From: an uncultured Gammaproteobacteria bacterium
Lineage (GTDB): Bacteria > Pseudomonadota > Gammaproteobacteria > Magnimaribacterales > D2472
Length of the DNA stretch: 45,865 bases
Assembly (NCBI GenBank): GCA_964014565.1
Contig: CAXGZN010000002.1
Location: 1 to 45,865, forward strand
Direction: 5' to 3'
This document shows, piece after piece, positions 10,379 through 20,124 of this stretch (the first letter of the stretch is position 1; each line of letters starts with the position of its first letter). Made by a program: the position numbers and the translations under genes. Below the pieces are notes generated by a model that was not told the origin of the DNA, searched no databases, and saw only the letters and a list, made by a program, of their open reading frames with translations.

Positions 10379-11011
10379 GTGATTGATGCTAAAGATAAAT
10401 TAAAGGGTATTTATGCAATAACTCCTCCAAAGTTCGATGAAACAAAACTATCGAATGATATCAATATATGTCTTGATTGTGGGATAAAGATATTCCAAAT
10501 CCGCTATAAAGAGGAAATAACGAGAGAGCTAAAAGATTTTTTCTCAGCTCTCATCAAACAAATTAAAAAGAAAGAAGGGATTACTATCATAAATGATTAT
10601 CCACACCTTGCTCATGACTTAGGAGCAGATGGCGTCCATTTAGGTAAAGCCGATTTATCAGTTCAGGCTGTTAGGAATAAATACAAAAATCTTATTATTG
10701 GCAAAACCTGTAAATCATCTATTGAAGAAGCAAAGAAAGCTATAAATGAAGGTGCTAATTATGTCTCATTTGGTGCCTTCTCTCATTCTTCAACAAAGAA
10801 GGAAGCGATTCCAATTGAAAAAAGTGACTTAGACCTAATAAATAAGTTTAATGTTCCTAATAAAGCAATTATTGGTGGAATAAGTAGTAAAAACTTTCAC
10901 AAGGTTGCGGAGCTAAATTTTGATATGATTGCTTTAAGTAATGCTATTTTTAACTCACAAGATACTGCTAAATCAGCAAGCTTTTTTGTAAACAACTTTA
11001 ATTTTGAGTAA
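10379..11011 (+). CDS. thiE: Thiamine-phosphate synthase
   Basis: 210 aa with a GTG start. LKGIYAITP near the N-terminus, GADGVHLGKADL motif, and conserved thiE-hemL adjacency. Confidence 0.88.
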   Translation: MIDAKDKLKGIYAITPPKFDETKLSNDINICLDCGIKIFQIRYKEEITRELKDFFSALIKQIKKKEGITIINDYPHLAHDLGADGVHLGKADLSVQAVRNKYKNLIIGKTCKSSIEEAKKAINEGANYVSFGAFSHSSTKKEAIPIEKSDLDLINKFNVPNKAIIGGISSKNFHKVAELNFDMIALSNAIFNSQDTAKSASFFVNNFNFE

Positions 11012-12287
11012 AACGAATAAATCTAAGTCTCTTTTTAATAAAGCAAAATCGGTAATGCCTGGGGGTGTAAATTCACCTGTTAGAGCATTTGGGAATGTTA
11101 ATAGTACTCCTATTTTTATTAAGAGCGCCTCTGGGGCATATCTACATGATGTTGACGGAAATGATTATGTAGACTTTATTGGATCCTGGGGTCCAATGAT
11201 TTTAGGCCACAGTAATCCAAAAATAATAAAAGCAATCAAGGATCAGGCTGATTTAGGAACAAGTTATGGGGCTCCAACAGAAGCAGAAACATCTATAGGC
11301 GAGTTAATTAGAACGGTAATGCCCTCTATCGAAAAAATTAGAATGGTAAATTCTGGAACAGAAGCAACAATGAGCTGCATAAGGTTAGCTAGAGGATATA
11401 CAGGTCGTAACAAAATTATTAAATTTACTGGCTGTTATCATGGTCATGTAGATTCTCTTCTTATAAAAGCAGGTTCAGGGGTATCGACTTTTGGGCTACC
11501 TGACTCTCCGGGTATACCTAAAGAACTGGCAAGACATACCATAAGTGTTCCCTACAATGACATAAATGCTTTTTTAGAAGTCTTTGAGTCAATTAAAAGT
11601 GAGCTTGCGGCAGTCATAATTGAACCAATTGCTGGAAATATGGGTTTTATTCCTGGAGATAAAGATTTTTTAGATACTCTGAGAATCAAAACACATGAAA
11701 GCGGTTCGGTATTAATCTTTGATGAGGTAATGACAGGCTTTCGAGTATCTTTAGGAGGAGCTCAAGAATTATATGGAATCACGCCAGACCTAACTGCTTT
11801 AGGAAAAGTTATAGGTGGAGGCCTTCCTGTAGGAGCATTTGGTGGCAAGGCCGAAATAATGAACTTTCTTGCACCAGAAGGACCCGTTTATCAGGCAGGT
11901 ACTCTTTCAGGCAATCCTCTAGCAGTTGCTGCTGGAAAATGTCTTATTAATGAGCTTATAAAAACAAATCCTTATGATGAGCTTGAGGCAAATGCCAACT
12001 ATCTATTAACAAATATTAAAAATGAGATGTTTAAAAAAGAAATACCCTTCTCTTTTAATCAAATTGGTGGAATGTTTGGATTCTTCTTCACAGATGAATT
12101 TCCAGATAACTTTGATGATGTAAGCGCGTCGAGCGATAAATATTTTGAAAGTTTTTTTAAAGACTGTCTAAATCAAGGTATATACTTTGCTCCATCAAAA
12201 TATGAAGCAGGATTTATCTCAACTAAGCATACTAAAAAGATTCTTGATGAGGTAATAAATAAGGTAAAGGTGATATATGGCACATGA
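11004..12287 (+). CDS. hemL: Glutamate-1-semialdehyde 2,1-aminomutase
   Basis: 427 aa with a TTG start. PGGVNSPVRAF near the N-terminus and PLP-lysine region LGKVIGGGLPVGAFGG. Confidence 0.95.
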   Translation: MSKTNKSKSLFNKAKSVMPGGVNSPVRAFGNVNSTPIFIKSASGAYLHDVDGNDYVDFIGSWGPMILGHSNPKIIKAIKDQADLGTSYGAPTEAETSIGELIRTVMPSIEKIRMVNSGTEATMSCIRLARGYTGRNKIIKFTGCYHGHVDSLLIKAGSGVSTFGLPDSPGIPKELARHTISVPYNDINAFLEVFESIKSELAAVIIEPIAGNMGFIPGDKDFLDTLRIKTHESGSVLIFDEVMTGFRVSLGGAQELYGITPDLTALGKVIGGGLPVGAFGGKAEIMNFLAPEGPVYQAGTLSGNPLAVAAGKCLINELIKTNPYDELEANANYLLTNIKNEMFKKEIPFSFNQIGGMFGFFFTDEFPDNFDDVSASSDKYFESFFKDCLNQGIYFAPSKYEAGFISTKHTKKILDEVINKVKVIYGT

Positions 12288-13269
12288 TATAGCGGCAATA
12301 GGCAATGCATTGGTTGATACTCAGTTTAAGGTTGAGCAAGATTTTCTTAACGAAATTGGTATGAAGCCAGATGAGATGGTTATTCAATCCAGAGAAGAGC
12401 AAAATGCTATTTTGGATAAGCTTTTGCTATTAGATCTTGAGTCAGTTGTTGACTGTGGTGGCTCTGCTACCAATTCATTAGTTGCTGCATCTTATTTCGG
12501 CTCTTCCTGTCATCATGTTTGTAAATTGAATGATGATGAAGATGGTAATAAATACCTAAAAAGTCTATCAGAGGCTGGAATTGATCACATTGGTATTAGC
12601 TCGAATGATCAAAATACTCCAACAGGAAAATGTCTTGTTCTTGTTACCCCTGATGCAGCAAGAACTATGTGCAGCACCCTTGGAATTAGTGAGCATTTAA
12701 GTGAGAAAGATATAAATTTTGAGTATCTTCAAAAATCTAAAATCTTCTACATAGAAGGCTATATGGTAACCAGCGATTCTAACTTTAACTCTGTTATAAA
12801 ATCTCTTGATTCTTTAGTAGGTTTTGGAACTAAAAAAGCATTATCTCTATCAAATGATGGCATTGTTCATGGTTTTCGAGAGAAGTTTGAAAAAATACTT
12901 TCATATGGAATCGACTTCGTTTTTGGTAATCATGACGAGGCACTGGCGCTTACCGAAACCGAAAATATAGATGACGCAATAGAAGTTTTAAAAGAAAAAG
13001 ATTTCACCACCATAATTACTGATGGGCCTAATGGTAGTTTTATTATTACTGATGGGGATGTTATTAAAAGTAATGGGTTTGAGGTTGAGGCAATTGATAC
13101 AAACGGAGCTGGCGACATGTTCGCAGGTGCATTTATGCATGCAATGCTCAGCGGCAAAGAGCTTCATGAATGCGGTGCATTTGCTAACTTAGCAGCTTCA
13201 AAAATAGTACAAACATTTGGACCACGTCTTAAAAAAGAGGAATACCAAGATCTCTTAGAAAATTTATAA
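12277..13269 (+). CDS. PfkB-family kinase (adenosine kinase-like sugar/nucleoside kinase)
   Basis: 330 aa with the PfkB signature DTNGAGDMFAGAF near the C-terminus. Substrate not assignable from sequence alone. Confidence 0.75.
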   Translation: MAHDIAAIGNALVDTQFKVEQDFLNEIGMKPDEMVIQSREEQNAILDKLLLLDLESVVDCGGSATNSLVAASYFGSSCHHVCKLNDDEDGNKYLKSLSEAGIDHIGISSNDQNTPTGKCLVLVTPDAARTMCSTLGISEHLSEKDINFEYLQKSKIFYIEGYMVTSDSNFNSVIKSLDSLVGFGTKKALSLSNDGIVHGFREKFEKILSYGIDFVFGNHDEALALTETENIDDAIEVLKEKDFTTIITDGPNGSFIITDGDVIKSNGFEVEAIDTNGAGDMFAGAFMHAMLSGKELHECGAFANLAASKIVQTFGPRLKKEEYQDLLENL

Positions 13270-13271
13270 AC

Positions 13272-14585
13272 TTGATAATTAAGAATCTCTTTAAAAAGAC
13301 CAAAAGCAATAGATCTCCTGTTAGCTCTAAGGATTGGAAAAGCATAAGTCCTTTTGCTGTAGAGATTATTAATAAGCTTCAAGATCATAACTATGAAGCT
13401 TACCTTGTTGGAGGTTGTGTCAGAGATTTGTTAGCCAATATCAAACCAAAAGATTTTGATATCGCGACTAATGCTGAGCCAAAAGAGATTAGGAAAATTT
13501 TTAAAGCTTCAAGAATTATTGGGAAAAGATTTCAGTTAGTTCATATATATAAAGGAAAGCAGATAATAGAAGTCGCAACCTTCAGAGCTGGTCTCGATAA
13601 AAATAGTACAACTATAGAAAATGATCTCATCAAGGATGATGCTGGGAAAATAATCAGAGACAACATCTGGGGTAATATTGAGGATGATTGCAATAGAAGA
13701 GATTTCACAATAAATGCTATTTATTTTTGTCCAATAAGTAATACTTTTAAAGACTTCCATGATGGCGCTCAACACGTCAAAGAAAAGAAAATAATTTCTA
13801 TAGGAGATCCTTTATATAGATTTGAAGAAGATCCGGTGAGAAGCCTAAGGGCTATAAGGTTCGCAACTAAACTTAATTTCAAACTAGATAGCAAAGTAAA
13901 AGAAGCTATTTATGAAAAAGGAAACCTTTTAGGCAATATCTCTAATGCAAGATTGTTTGATGAGTTCTGTAAAATCTTTTTGAATGGGCATGGATATGAA
14001 AATTATAAAAAACTTCAATCTTTTGGTATTGCAAAATATCTGCTTAACTTAGAAAAAAAGTATTCTGGAAACAAAGTCTATGGTGAGTCGTTCAAAAACA
14101 CTGATAAAAGGTATAGAGATGGTAAATCTATTACTCCAGGATTCCTTCTTGCAGCAGTCTTATGGCCAAGGTTAATTGAAAGATGCTCTTTTGATAACGG
14201 TATTAATGTTAGAAAATTTTTCAGATCCATGGACTCTATTATCGCTGAACAGCAAAGAATTACTGCCATTCCAAGAAAATTCTCTAGCTACATAAAAGAC
14301 ATCTGGTATTTGCAATTAAAATTAAATGATAGATTAAAAAATAATCCTAATAAGATAATTAAGCATCCAAGATTTAGAGCTGGATATGATTTCCTCTTAA
14401 TCAGAGAGAAAGCCTCAAAAGATAAATCAGATCTCGGGAAATGGTGGACAAGCTTTCAGCATGCAGATGCTAAATCAAAGGAAAATATGATAGGAAAAGT
14501 AAGAAAAACTGCAGAAAGTGATGGAAATTTCAACCCAAGAAAGGGTGAAGGAAAAGAATTTGGATTTTCTGAAGAATTAAGATAA
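13272..14585 (+). CDS. pcnB: Poly(A) polymerase I
   Basis: 437 aa with a TTG start. Nucleotidyltransferase motifs GGCVRDLL and DFDIATNA, followed by a PcnB-type RNA-binding C-terminal region. Confidence 0.9.
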   Translation: MIIKNLFKKTKSNRSPVSSKDWKSISPFAVEIINKLQDHNYEAYLVGGCVRDLLANIKPKDFDIATNAEPKEIRKIFKASRIIGKRFQLVHIYKGKQIIEVATFRAGLDKNSTTIENDLIKDDAGKIIRDNIWGNIEDDCNRRDFTINAIYFCPISNTFKDFHDGAQHVKEKKIISIGDPLYRFEEDPVRSLRAIRFATKLNFKLDSKVKEAIYEKGNLLGNISNARLFDEFCKIFLNGHGYENYKKLQSFGIAKYLLNLEKKYSGNKVYGESFKNTDKRYRDGKSITPGFLLAAVLWPRLIERCSFDNGINVRKFFRSMDSIIAEQQRITAIPRKFSSYIKDIWYLQLKLNDRLKNNPNKIIKHPRFRAGYDFLLIREKASKDKSDLGKWWTSFQHADAKSKENMIGKVRKTAESDGNFNPRKGEGKEFGFSEELR

Positions 14586-14604
14586 TCTAATTTTTATATA
14601 TTTT

Positions 14605-15270
14605 ATGAAATTAGCATACAAAGAAGACCCTTTACCTAAATATATTGCTGTTGAAGGGCCAATTGGGGTTGGAAAAACTACCCTGGCAAATAAGCTTGCA
14701 AAATCTTTTAACTATGACATTTTGCTTGAAATGCCAGCTGAAAATCCCTTTTTAGAAGCATCTTATAAAAATCCAACTCAGTCTGCGCTCGCCGCTCAAT
14801 TATTCTTCTTATTTCAAAGAGTTCAGCAGATGGAAGATTTGAAGCAAAGAAGCTTGTTTGAACCAGTTAGGGTTGCTGATTTTATATTGGAGAAAGATAG
14901 ACTGTTTGCTGAAGTGGTCTTATCAGCAGAGGAAATGAAGCTTTATGACAAAGTTTACGAACACTTAACTCTTGACTCACCTACACCAGATCTGGTCATT
15001 TATCTTCAAGCACCGGTTGAAGTATTGATGGGAAGAATTGATAAAAGAGGTAATGAATACGAGCAATATCTTACTAACGAATACTTAACAAAAATCAATG
15101 AAGCTTATTCCCGATTCTTTTTAGACTATGAAAAGGCACCAGTTCTTATAGTTAATGCTGCTGACATAAACTTCGAAGAAAATGAAGAAGATTATGAGAT
15201 GTTGGTTACAAAAATTATGTCCAATCCGAAAGGAAAGACTTTTATAAATCCCCAACCATCTATTCTTTAA
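14605..15270 (+). CDS. Deoxynucleoside kinase (dAK/dGK/dCK family)
   Basis: 221 aa with P-loop GPIGVGKTT and dNK-family spacing of the downstream acidic/Arg motifs. Confidence 0.8.
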   Translation: MKLAYKEDPLPKYIAVEGPIGVGKTTLANKLAKSFNYDILLEMPAENPFLEASYKNPTQSALAAQLFFLFQRVQQMEDLKQRSLFEPVRVADFILEKDRLFAEVVLSAEEMKLYDKVYEHLTLDSPTPDLVIYLQAPVEVLMGRIDKRGNEYEQYLTNEYLTKINEAYSRFFLDYEKAPVLIVNAADINFEENEEDYEMLVTKIMSNPKGKTFINPQPSIL

Positions 15271-15271
15271 A

Positions 15272-17200
15272 ATGACACAAGAAATCTATAATCCTAATCC
15301 CGGATTTTCAAATCCGCATATAAAAGATTTCGATGAATATTTAAGTCTATATAAAGAGTCAATTGAAAATCCTGAAAAATTCTTTGGCGATCTGGCAAAA
15401 GAAAATATTTCATGGATTGAGGATTTTAAAGAGGTACATAACTCTGAGTTCCAAGAAACAAAATGGTTTGTTGGAGGAAAAACAAACATAACGCTCAACT
15501 GTATTGATAGACATCTTGAAAAAAATGGCGATAAGGTTGCTTTGATTTGGGAAGGTGATGAACCAGGGAACTCTAAAGAGATAACTTTCAAAGAATTACA
15601 CTCTGAGGTTTGCAGGTTTGCAAATATTCTTAAAACACTTCAAATTAAAAAAGGCTCCAGAGTTTGTATTTATATGCCGATGATTCCTGAAGCTGCATTT
15701 GCAATGTTTGCATGTGCAAGAATTGGTGCGATCCACTCAGTCGTTTTCGGTGGATTTTCTCCAGAATCTTTAAAAGATAGGATTTTAGATGCTGATTGTA
15801 GAATTGTAATTACTGCTGATGAGGGTGTTCGAGGCGGTAAAAAAGTTCCTTTAAAAAATAATGTTGATGAAGCCCTAATAAATTGTCCAGATGTTAAGAA
15901 TGTCATCGTTGTTAACCGAACCGGCGGAGAAATTAATTGGTTTGAGGATAGAGATCTTTGGTTTCATGAACTAAAAGATAAAGTTGATGATATTTGCGAG
16001 CCTGAGCCAATGGATTCTGAAGATCCGCTCTTTATTCTCTACACATCTGGATCAACGGGAAAGCCAAAAGGTGTTTTACATACAACGGCTGGGTATCTTT
16101 TGGGAGCACATGTCTCTTTTAAATATTTATTTGGATTCAATGAAGATGATAAATATTGGTGCACGGCAGATGTTGGTTGGATTACTGGACATACTTATAT
16201 TCTTTATGGCCCCCTATCAAATGGAGCTACTTCACTTATGTTTGAAGGTGTGCCGACATATCCAACTGCATCCAGATGTTGGGAAATATGCGATGAGCAT
16301 GAAATAAATATTTTTTATACTGCCCCAACTGCCATAAGAGCTTTGATGTCACTTGGAGATGAGTTTGTTAGTAATACCTCCAGAAAATCAATTAAGGTTT
16401 TAGGTACCGTTGGTGAGCCAATAAATCCTGAGGCATGGGATTGGTATTACTCGGTAGTAGGTAATAAATCATGTGAAGTTATTGATACATGGTGGCAAAC
16501 AGAAACTGGTTCAGTTCTTATCTCTCCGATTGCAGGCATTACGCCAACAAAACCAGGCTCTGCAACATTACCATTTTTTGGTGTGAGGCCTGAGCTGTAC
16601 GATGAAAATGGTATTAAGAAGTCAGGAGAATCATCAGGTAATCTGGTAATTGAGTCTTCATGGCCAAGTCAAATTAGAAGTGTTTATAACGATCACCAGA
16701 GAATGATTGATACCTATTTTTCAACCTATGACAATATTTACTTTACAGGTGACGGTGCAAAAAGGGATGAAGATGGTTACTTTTGGATTACTGGAAGAGT
16801 TGATGATGTTCTCAATGTTTCTGGGCATAGGCTTGGAACAGCTGAAGTTGAAAGTGCGCTTGTTTTGCATCCAGTTGTAGCTGAAGCCGCTGTGGTTGGC
16901 TTTGAGCATCCAATAAAAGGACAAGGTATATATGCTTTTGTTACTTTAATGGTAGGTGAAGTCTTTTCAGACGAATTATCAGCGGAATTAAGAAGCTTTG
17001 TTGGCAAAGAAATTGGCCCTATTGCAAAACCTGACTTAATTCAAAATGCTCCCGGTCTACCAAAAACTAGATCAGGTAAGATAATGAGAAGAATATTACG
17101 TAAAGTTGCTGAGGGTGATTTCGAAAACTTGGGTGATACAACAACTCTTGCTGAGCCTGCGGTAGTTTCTGATCTTATTAATAATAAAAAAAGTTTATGA
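15272..17200 (+). CDS. acs: Acetyl-coenzyme A synthetase
   Basis: 642 aa with AMP-binding motif [12 protein letters not shown], the characteristic Acs N-terminus, and C-terminal [11 protein letters not shown]. Confidence 0.95.
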   Translation: MTQEIYNPNPGFSNPHIKDFDEYLSLYKESIENPEKFFGDLAKENISWIEDFKEVHNSEFQETKWFVGGKTNITLNCIDRHLEKNGDKVALIWEGDEPGNSKEITFKELHSEVCRFANILKTLQIKKGSRVCIYMPMIPEAAFAMFACARIGAIHSVVFGGFSPESLKDRILDADCRIVITADEGVRGGKKVPLKNNVDEALINCPDVKNVIVVNRTGGEINWFEDRDLWFHELKDKVDDICEPEPMDSEDPLFILYTSGSTGKPKGVLHTTAGYLLGAHVSFKYLFGFNEDDKYWCTADVGWITGHTYILYGPLSNGATSLMFEGVPTYPTASRCWEICDEHEINIFYTAPTAIRALMSLGDEFVSNTSRKSIKVLGTVGEPINPEAWDWYYSVVGNKSCEVIDTWWQTETGSVLISPIAGITPTKPGSATLPFFGVRPELYDENGIKKSGESSGNLVIESSWPSQIRSVYNDHQRMIDTYFSTYDNIYFTGDGAKRDEDGYFWITGRVDDVLNVSGHRLGTAEVESALVLHPVVAEAAVVGFEHPIKGQGIYAFVTLMVGEVFSDELSAELRSFVGKEIGPIAKPDLIQNAPGLPKTRSGKIMRRILRKVAEGDFENLGDTTTLAEPAVVSDLINNKKSL

Positions 17201-17595
17201 ATAAATTAGCCATCATTTTTTCTTTATCGATAATATTTCTTGTTTCTTGCTCTTCAACTCCCAACAATGATCCTCTTGCAGATATAGTTGGTGAAAACAA
17301 AATCGGTTATGTGCAAACATCATGCATGCAGAATCCAGATAATGGGCCAAGGATGGTTTCAAGACAAGACAAGCATGAGTACCTCAACAGAGATGATTTC
17401 TTTGATTGTGTCGATAGAACAAGTGCTTCTATTGAAGCTCAAAATGAAGAAGAAAGATTAAATAAAGAAAATCAACTCAAATTAGTGCCGAAAAAAGAAG
17501 AAGAAATTAAGCTTGAGGAAGATGATGATGAGTTAAAGATTAAGTGTGAGCCTGATATTGGAGGAGATACAGGAAGATATTACAAATGCTCTTAG
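17197..17595 (+). CDS. Hypothetical lipoprotein with acidic/lysine-rich low-complexity C-terminal half
   Basis: 132 aa. Signal peptide plus lipobox LVSCS. Four further Cys. An [10 protein letters not shown]...[16 protein letters not shown] tract. ATGA overlap with the acs stop. Confidence 0.6.
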   Translation: MNKLAIIFSLSIIFLVSCSSTPNNDPLADIVGENKIGYVQTSCMQNPDNGPRMVSRQDKHEYLNRDDFFDCVDRTSASIEAQNEEERLNKENQLKLVPKKEEEIKLEEDDDELKIKCEPDIGGDTGRYYKCS

Positions 17596-18404
17596 TCTTC
17601 TAAAGATTTATATTTTCCTTTTTCCAGAACAACTCTTTCGTCCTCAATAAGTTTTATCAGATGTGCTTCAAGGCTCCATTTTGCAATAGGAAGGAGTTTT
17701 GGATTGACATCGTTATAAACTGAAATTAACAGACGATTAATTCCAGTAGCCCCAAGCTTAGAAAGCTTCTTGAAGACTTTTTCTTCTCTATCTAGCCTGT
17801 GTTGGATAGTCCACTCAATAATTTCATAAGGATTATCAATGTAATTGCCATGACCAGGTGCTATTGAATCAAAAGAAAAATCATTTAGCTTTTTAAGAGA
17901 AGAAATGTATTCATTCATATTGCCATCTTTTGGGGCAATAACAACAGTAGATCCATCCATAATGTGATCACCACTCAATAAGCATTTAATTTCATCAATT
18001 AGAAAACAATAATGATTGGACGCGTGACCGGGTGTATGGATTGGCTTAATCGTATATTCTTCAGTCTTAATATGCTCATCTTCTGACAATATAAAATCAG
18101 GTCTGAAAGACTCATCTTGAATTGAGAAATCATTCTCAACCAATTTTCCATAGCAAGGAATAGATAGTCGCTCAGCAAGAGGTTTAGCTCCTGGCGAGTG
18201 ATCCATATGGGTATGAGTTACAAGAATCCTTTTAATATTATTGTCTGCTATCTCAACGAGCTTATCTAAATGCTTTGGTATGTTTGGGCCAGGATCTACT
18301 AAGGTTATATCCTTTTCGCCAATAAGATAAGAGTTTGTACCTGCACCAGTAAAAATTCCCCCATTTGGCGAAGTTATTTTCTTTAATAAATTATCTCTTT
18401 CCAT
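17592..18404 (-). CDS. MBL-fold metallo-hydrolase (LACTB2-like, substrate unknown)
   Basis: 270 aa with metal motif HTHMDHSPG and downstream HTPGH. Stop overlaps the convergent lipoprotein gene by 4 nt. Confidence 0.85.
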   Translation of the reverse strand: MERDNLLKKITSPNGGIFTGAGTNSYLIGEKDITLVDPGPNIPKHLDKLVEIADNNIKRILVTHTHMDHSPGAKPLAERLSIPCYGKLVENDFSIQDESFRPDFILSEDEHIKTEEYTIKPIHTPGHASNHYCFLIDEIKCLLSGDHIMDGSTVVIAPKDGNMNEYISSLKKLNDFSFDSIAPGHGNYIDNPYEIIEWTIQHRLDREEKVFKKLSKLGATGINRLLISVYNDVNPKLLPIAKWSLEAHLIKLIEDERVVLEKGKYKSLED

Positions 18405-18406
18405 CG

Positions 18407-19192
18407 CTAAAAATCTTCATACCCCTCATCACCTGGCAATCGACCTTCCCACTTGCCATCAACTTTCTTAAATTTAGGTAAAATTGATTTGATCTCTGAG
18501 GATCCCTTTTTTTTATAAAAAGATATTAATTCATTTGTAGAATTAAAATCAAAGGTTTGCTCTAAATTCTTTGAAGTAGGCAAAATCATCTTTATCTCAC
18601 CATTCCATGCCTTTTTAATTGCCTCTTTTGGAGTAATCCATAAGCTATTTGTAAGTTCATTCCCATCATGTAAGGTTGGTTGATCTTTTGGCATTTCCGC
18701 AGCAAAGAATCTCGTATCAAATCTCTTTGTTTCAATATCTGGAGTTATCCAATGAGAGAAAGGAACGATATTGGTTGTTTCAAAAAAAAGATTTTCTCTT
18801 TCACAAATCTCTAAAAAAGAAATCTTGTTAGAAATTAATCTTTCTCTATAGTCAACAAATCTATCCTTATCCTTGTTGTTTAAATCGATTTTTGATCCAT
18901 CTTTTTTTCTTGCCAAAAGTACTCCAACCTCTTCAAAGCATTCTCTAATGCAAGCAACCCAAAAAGAGGCACCTCCATCATCTATATCAAGTAATTTTGA
19001 ACAATCTGCATCATCTAAATCGGAGTGGAGACTAAGCCTATCCATAAAATTATCTTCAGAATCCACTTTGCCTCCAGGAAATACATACAAATCTCCAAAT
19101 GCTGTATTACTTGAACGCTCTACAAGTAAAACCTCCATGTCATTATTATTTTGTCTTAACAGTAGAACTGTTGCTGCTGGAATTAAACTCAT
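18407..19192 (-). CDS. NUDIX-family hydrolase (substrate unknown)
   Basis: 261 aa with a Nudix-box core RECFEEVGV preceded by PGGKVD. Sits 2 nt upstream of the MBL gene, so probably co-transcribed. Confidence 0.8.
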   Translation of the reverse strand: MSLIPAATVLLLRQNNNDMEVLLVERSSNTAFGDLYVFPGGKVDSEDNFMDRLSLHSDLDDADCSKLLDIDDGGASFWVACIRECFEEVGVLLARKKDGSKIDLNNKDKDRFVDYRERLISNKISFLEICERENLFFETTNIVPFSHWITPDIETKRFDTRFFAAEMPKDQPTLHDGNELTNSLWITPKEAIKKAWNGEIKMILPTSKNLEQTFDFNSTNELISFYKKKGSSEIKSILPKFKKVDGKWEGRLPGDEGYEDF

Positions 19193-19233
19193 TATTTAAG
19201 AAAATTTTTTGTTTCTAGATTAGAATAGCCTCA

Positions 19234-20124
19234 ATGAACATTACTGACAATCTTAAAAAAGATATATCCAATGCCCCTGAGTGGTTTCTAGATGCAATTG
19301 TTTCAGAATCAGAAGCAAAAGTGCTGGAAACAAAACTTGGCAATGTAAGTTATAAATGTTGGGGTAAGGCTACAAATGATAAAACTATTGTATTAATACA
19401 TGGAACTGGTGCTTCCAAGAATTGGTGGGATCCAATAGCCCCATTTATTTCGGATGAATATAGAGTTATTGCACCAGACTTACCAGGAATGGGAGATTCT
19501 GATCATAGAGATGAATATAGCTATGAAGTTTTTGGTGAAAGTATTTTATCGATTTTAGAACAAGAAAATATTACAAATAATGTTTTTCTTGTTGGGCACT
19601 CTCTTGGAGGTCATATAGCTGGTTTCGTGGCTACTGAGAGGCCTTCAAAAATTTCTGGAATTATTATGATCGATACACCAGTTAGACCTCCTGACTATGA
19701 GTATGATAAGCATGTTGGCTCTGGCCCACTTAGGTTGATCAAACACTATCCAGATAAGGAAACAATACTTGGTAGATTTAGACTCATGCCTAAACAAGAA
19801 TGTGAGAATGATTGGTATTTAAGGTATGTTGCTGAGTATTCCGTTAAACAGACTGAAGAAGGCTGGAGATGGAAATTTGATGACAGTCTTTTCTATAAAT
19901 TAGGAAGGCCAAAAGGATATGAATATATTTTTAAATGCCCTTCTCTCTTTATAGCTGGAGGAAAAAGCTTGCTCATGGGTTCAAAAATTTTGGAGTATAT
20001 GCAATCAACTTTTAAAGAAAATATGGAATTCATTTCAATTGACAATGCAGCCCATCACGTTCCAATAGATGCTCCAAAAGAAGTTATTAAAATAATAAAA
20101 GAAACTATAGGTAAATGGCTCTAA
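19234..20124 (+). CDS. Alpha/beta-fold hydrolase (substrate unknown)
   Basis: 296 aa with oxyanion HGTG and nucleophile elbow GHSLGG, plus a C-terminal AAHHVP His. Confidence 0.85.
   Translation: MNITDNLKKDISNAPEWFLDAIVSESEAKVLETKLGNVSYKCWGKATNDKTIVLIHGTGASKNWWDPIAPFISDEYRVIAPDLPGMGDSDHRDEYSYEVFGESILSILEQENITNNVFLVGHSLGGHIAGFVATERPSKISGIIMIDTPVRPPDYEYDKHVGSGPLRLIKHYPDKETILGRFRLMPKQECENDWYLRYVAEYSVKQTEEGWRWKFDDSLFYKLGRPKGYEYIFKCPSLFIAGGKSLLMGSKILEYMQSTFKENMEFISIDNAAHHVPIDAPKEVIKIIKETIGKWL

Noticed and set aside
15286-16307. ORFs of 101 aa (minus), 78 aa (minus) and 107 aa (plus, alternate frame) inside acs
   Set aside because: The acs frame carries unmistakable motifs along its full length. 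The others are shadow or alternate frames with no recognisable features.
18873-19199. 108-aa plus-strand ORF
   Set aside because: It is antisense within the Nudix hydrolase gene. The Ser/Leu-rich composition is typical of a shadow frame, and it has no start context.
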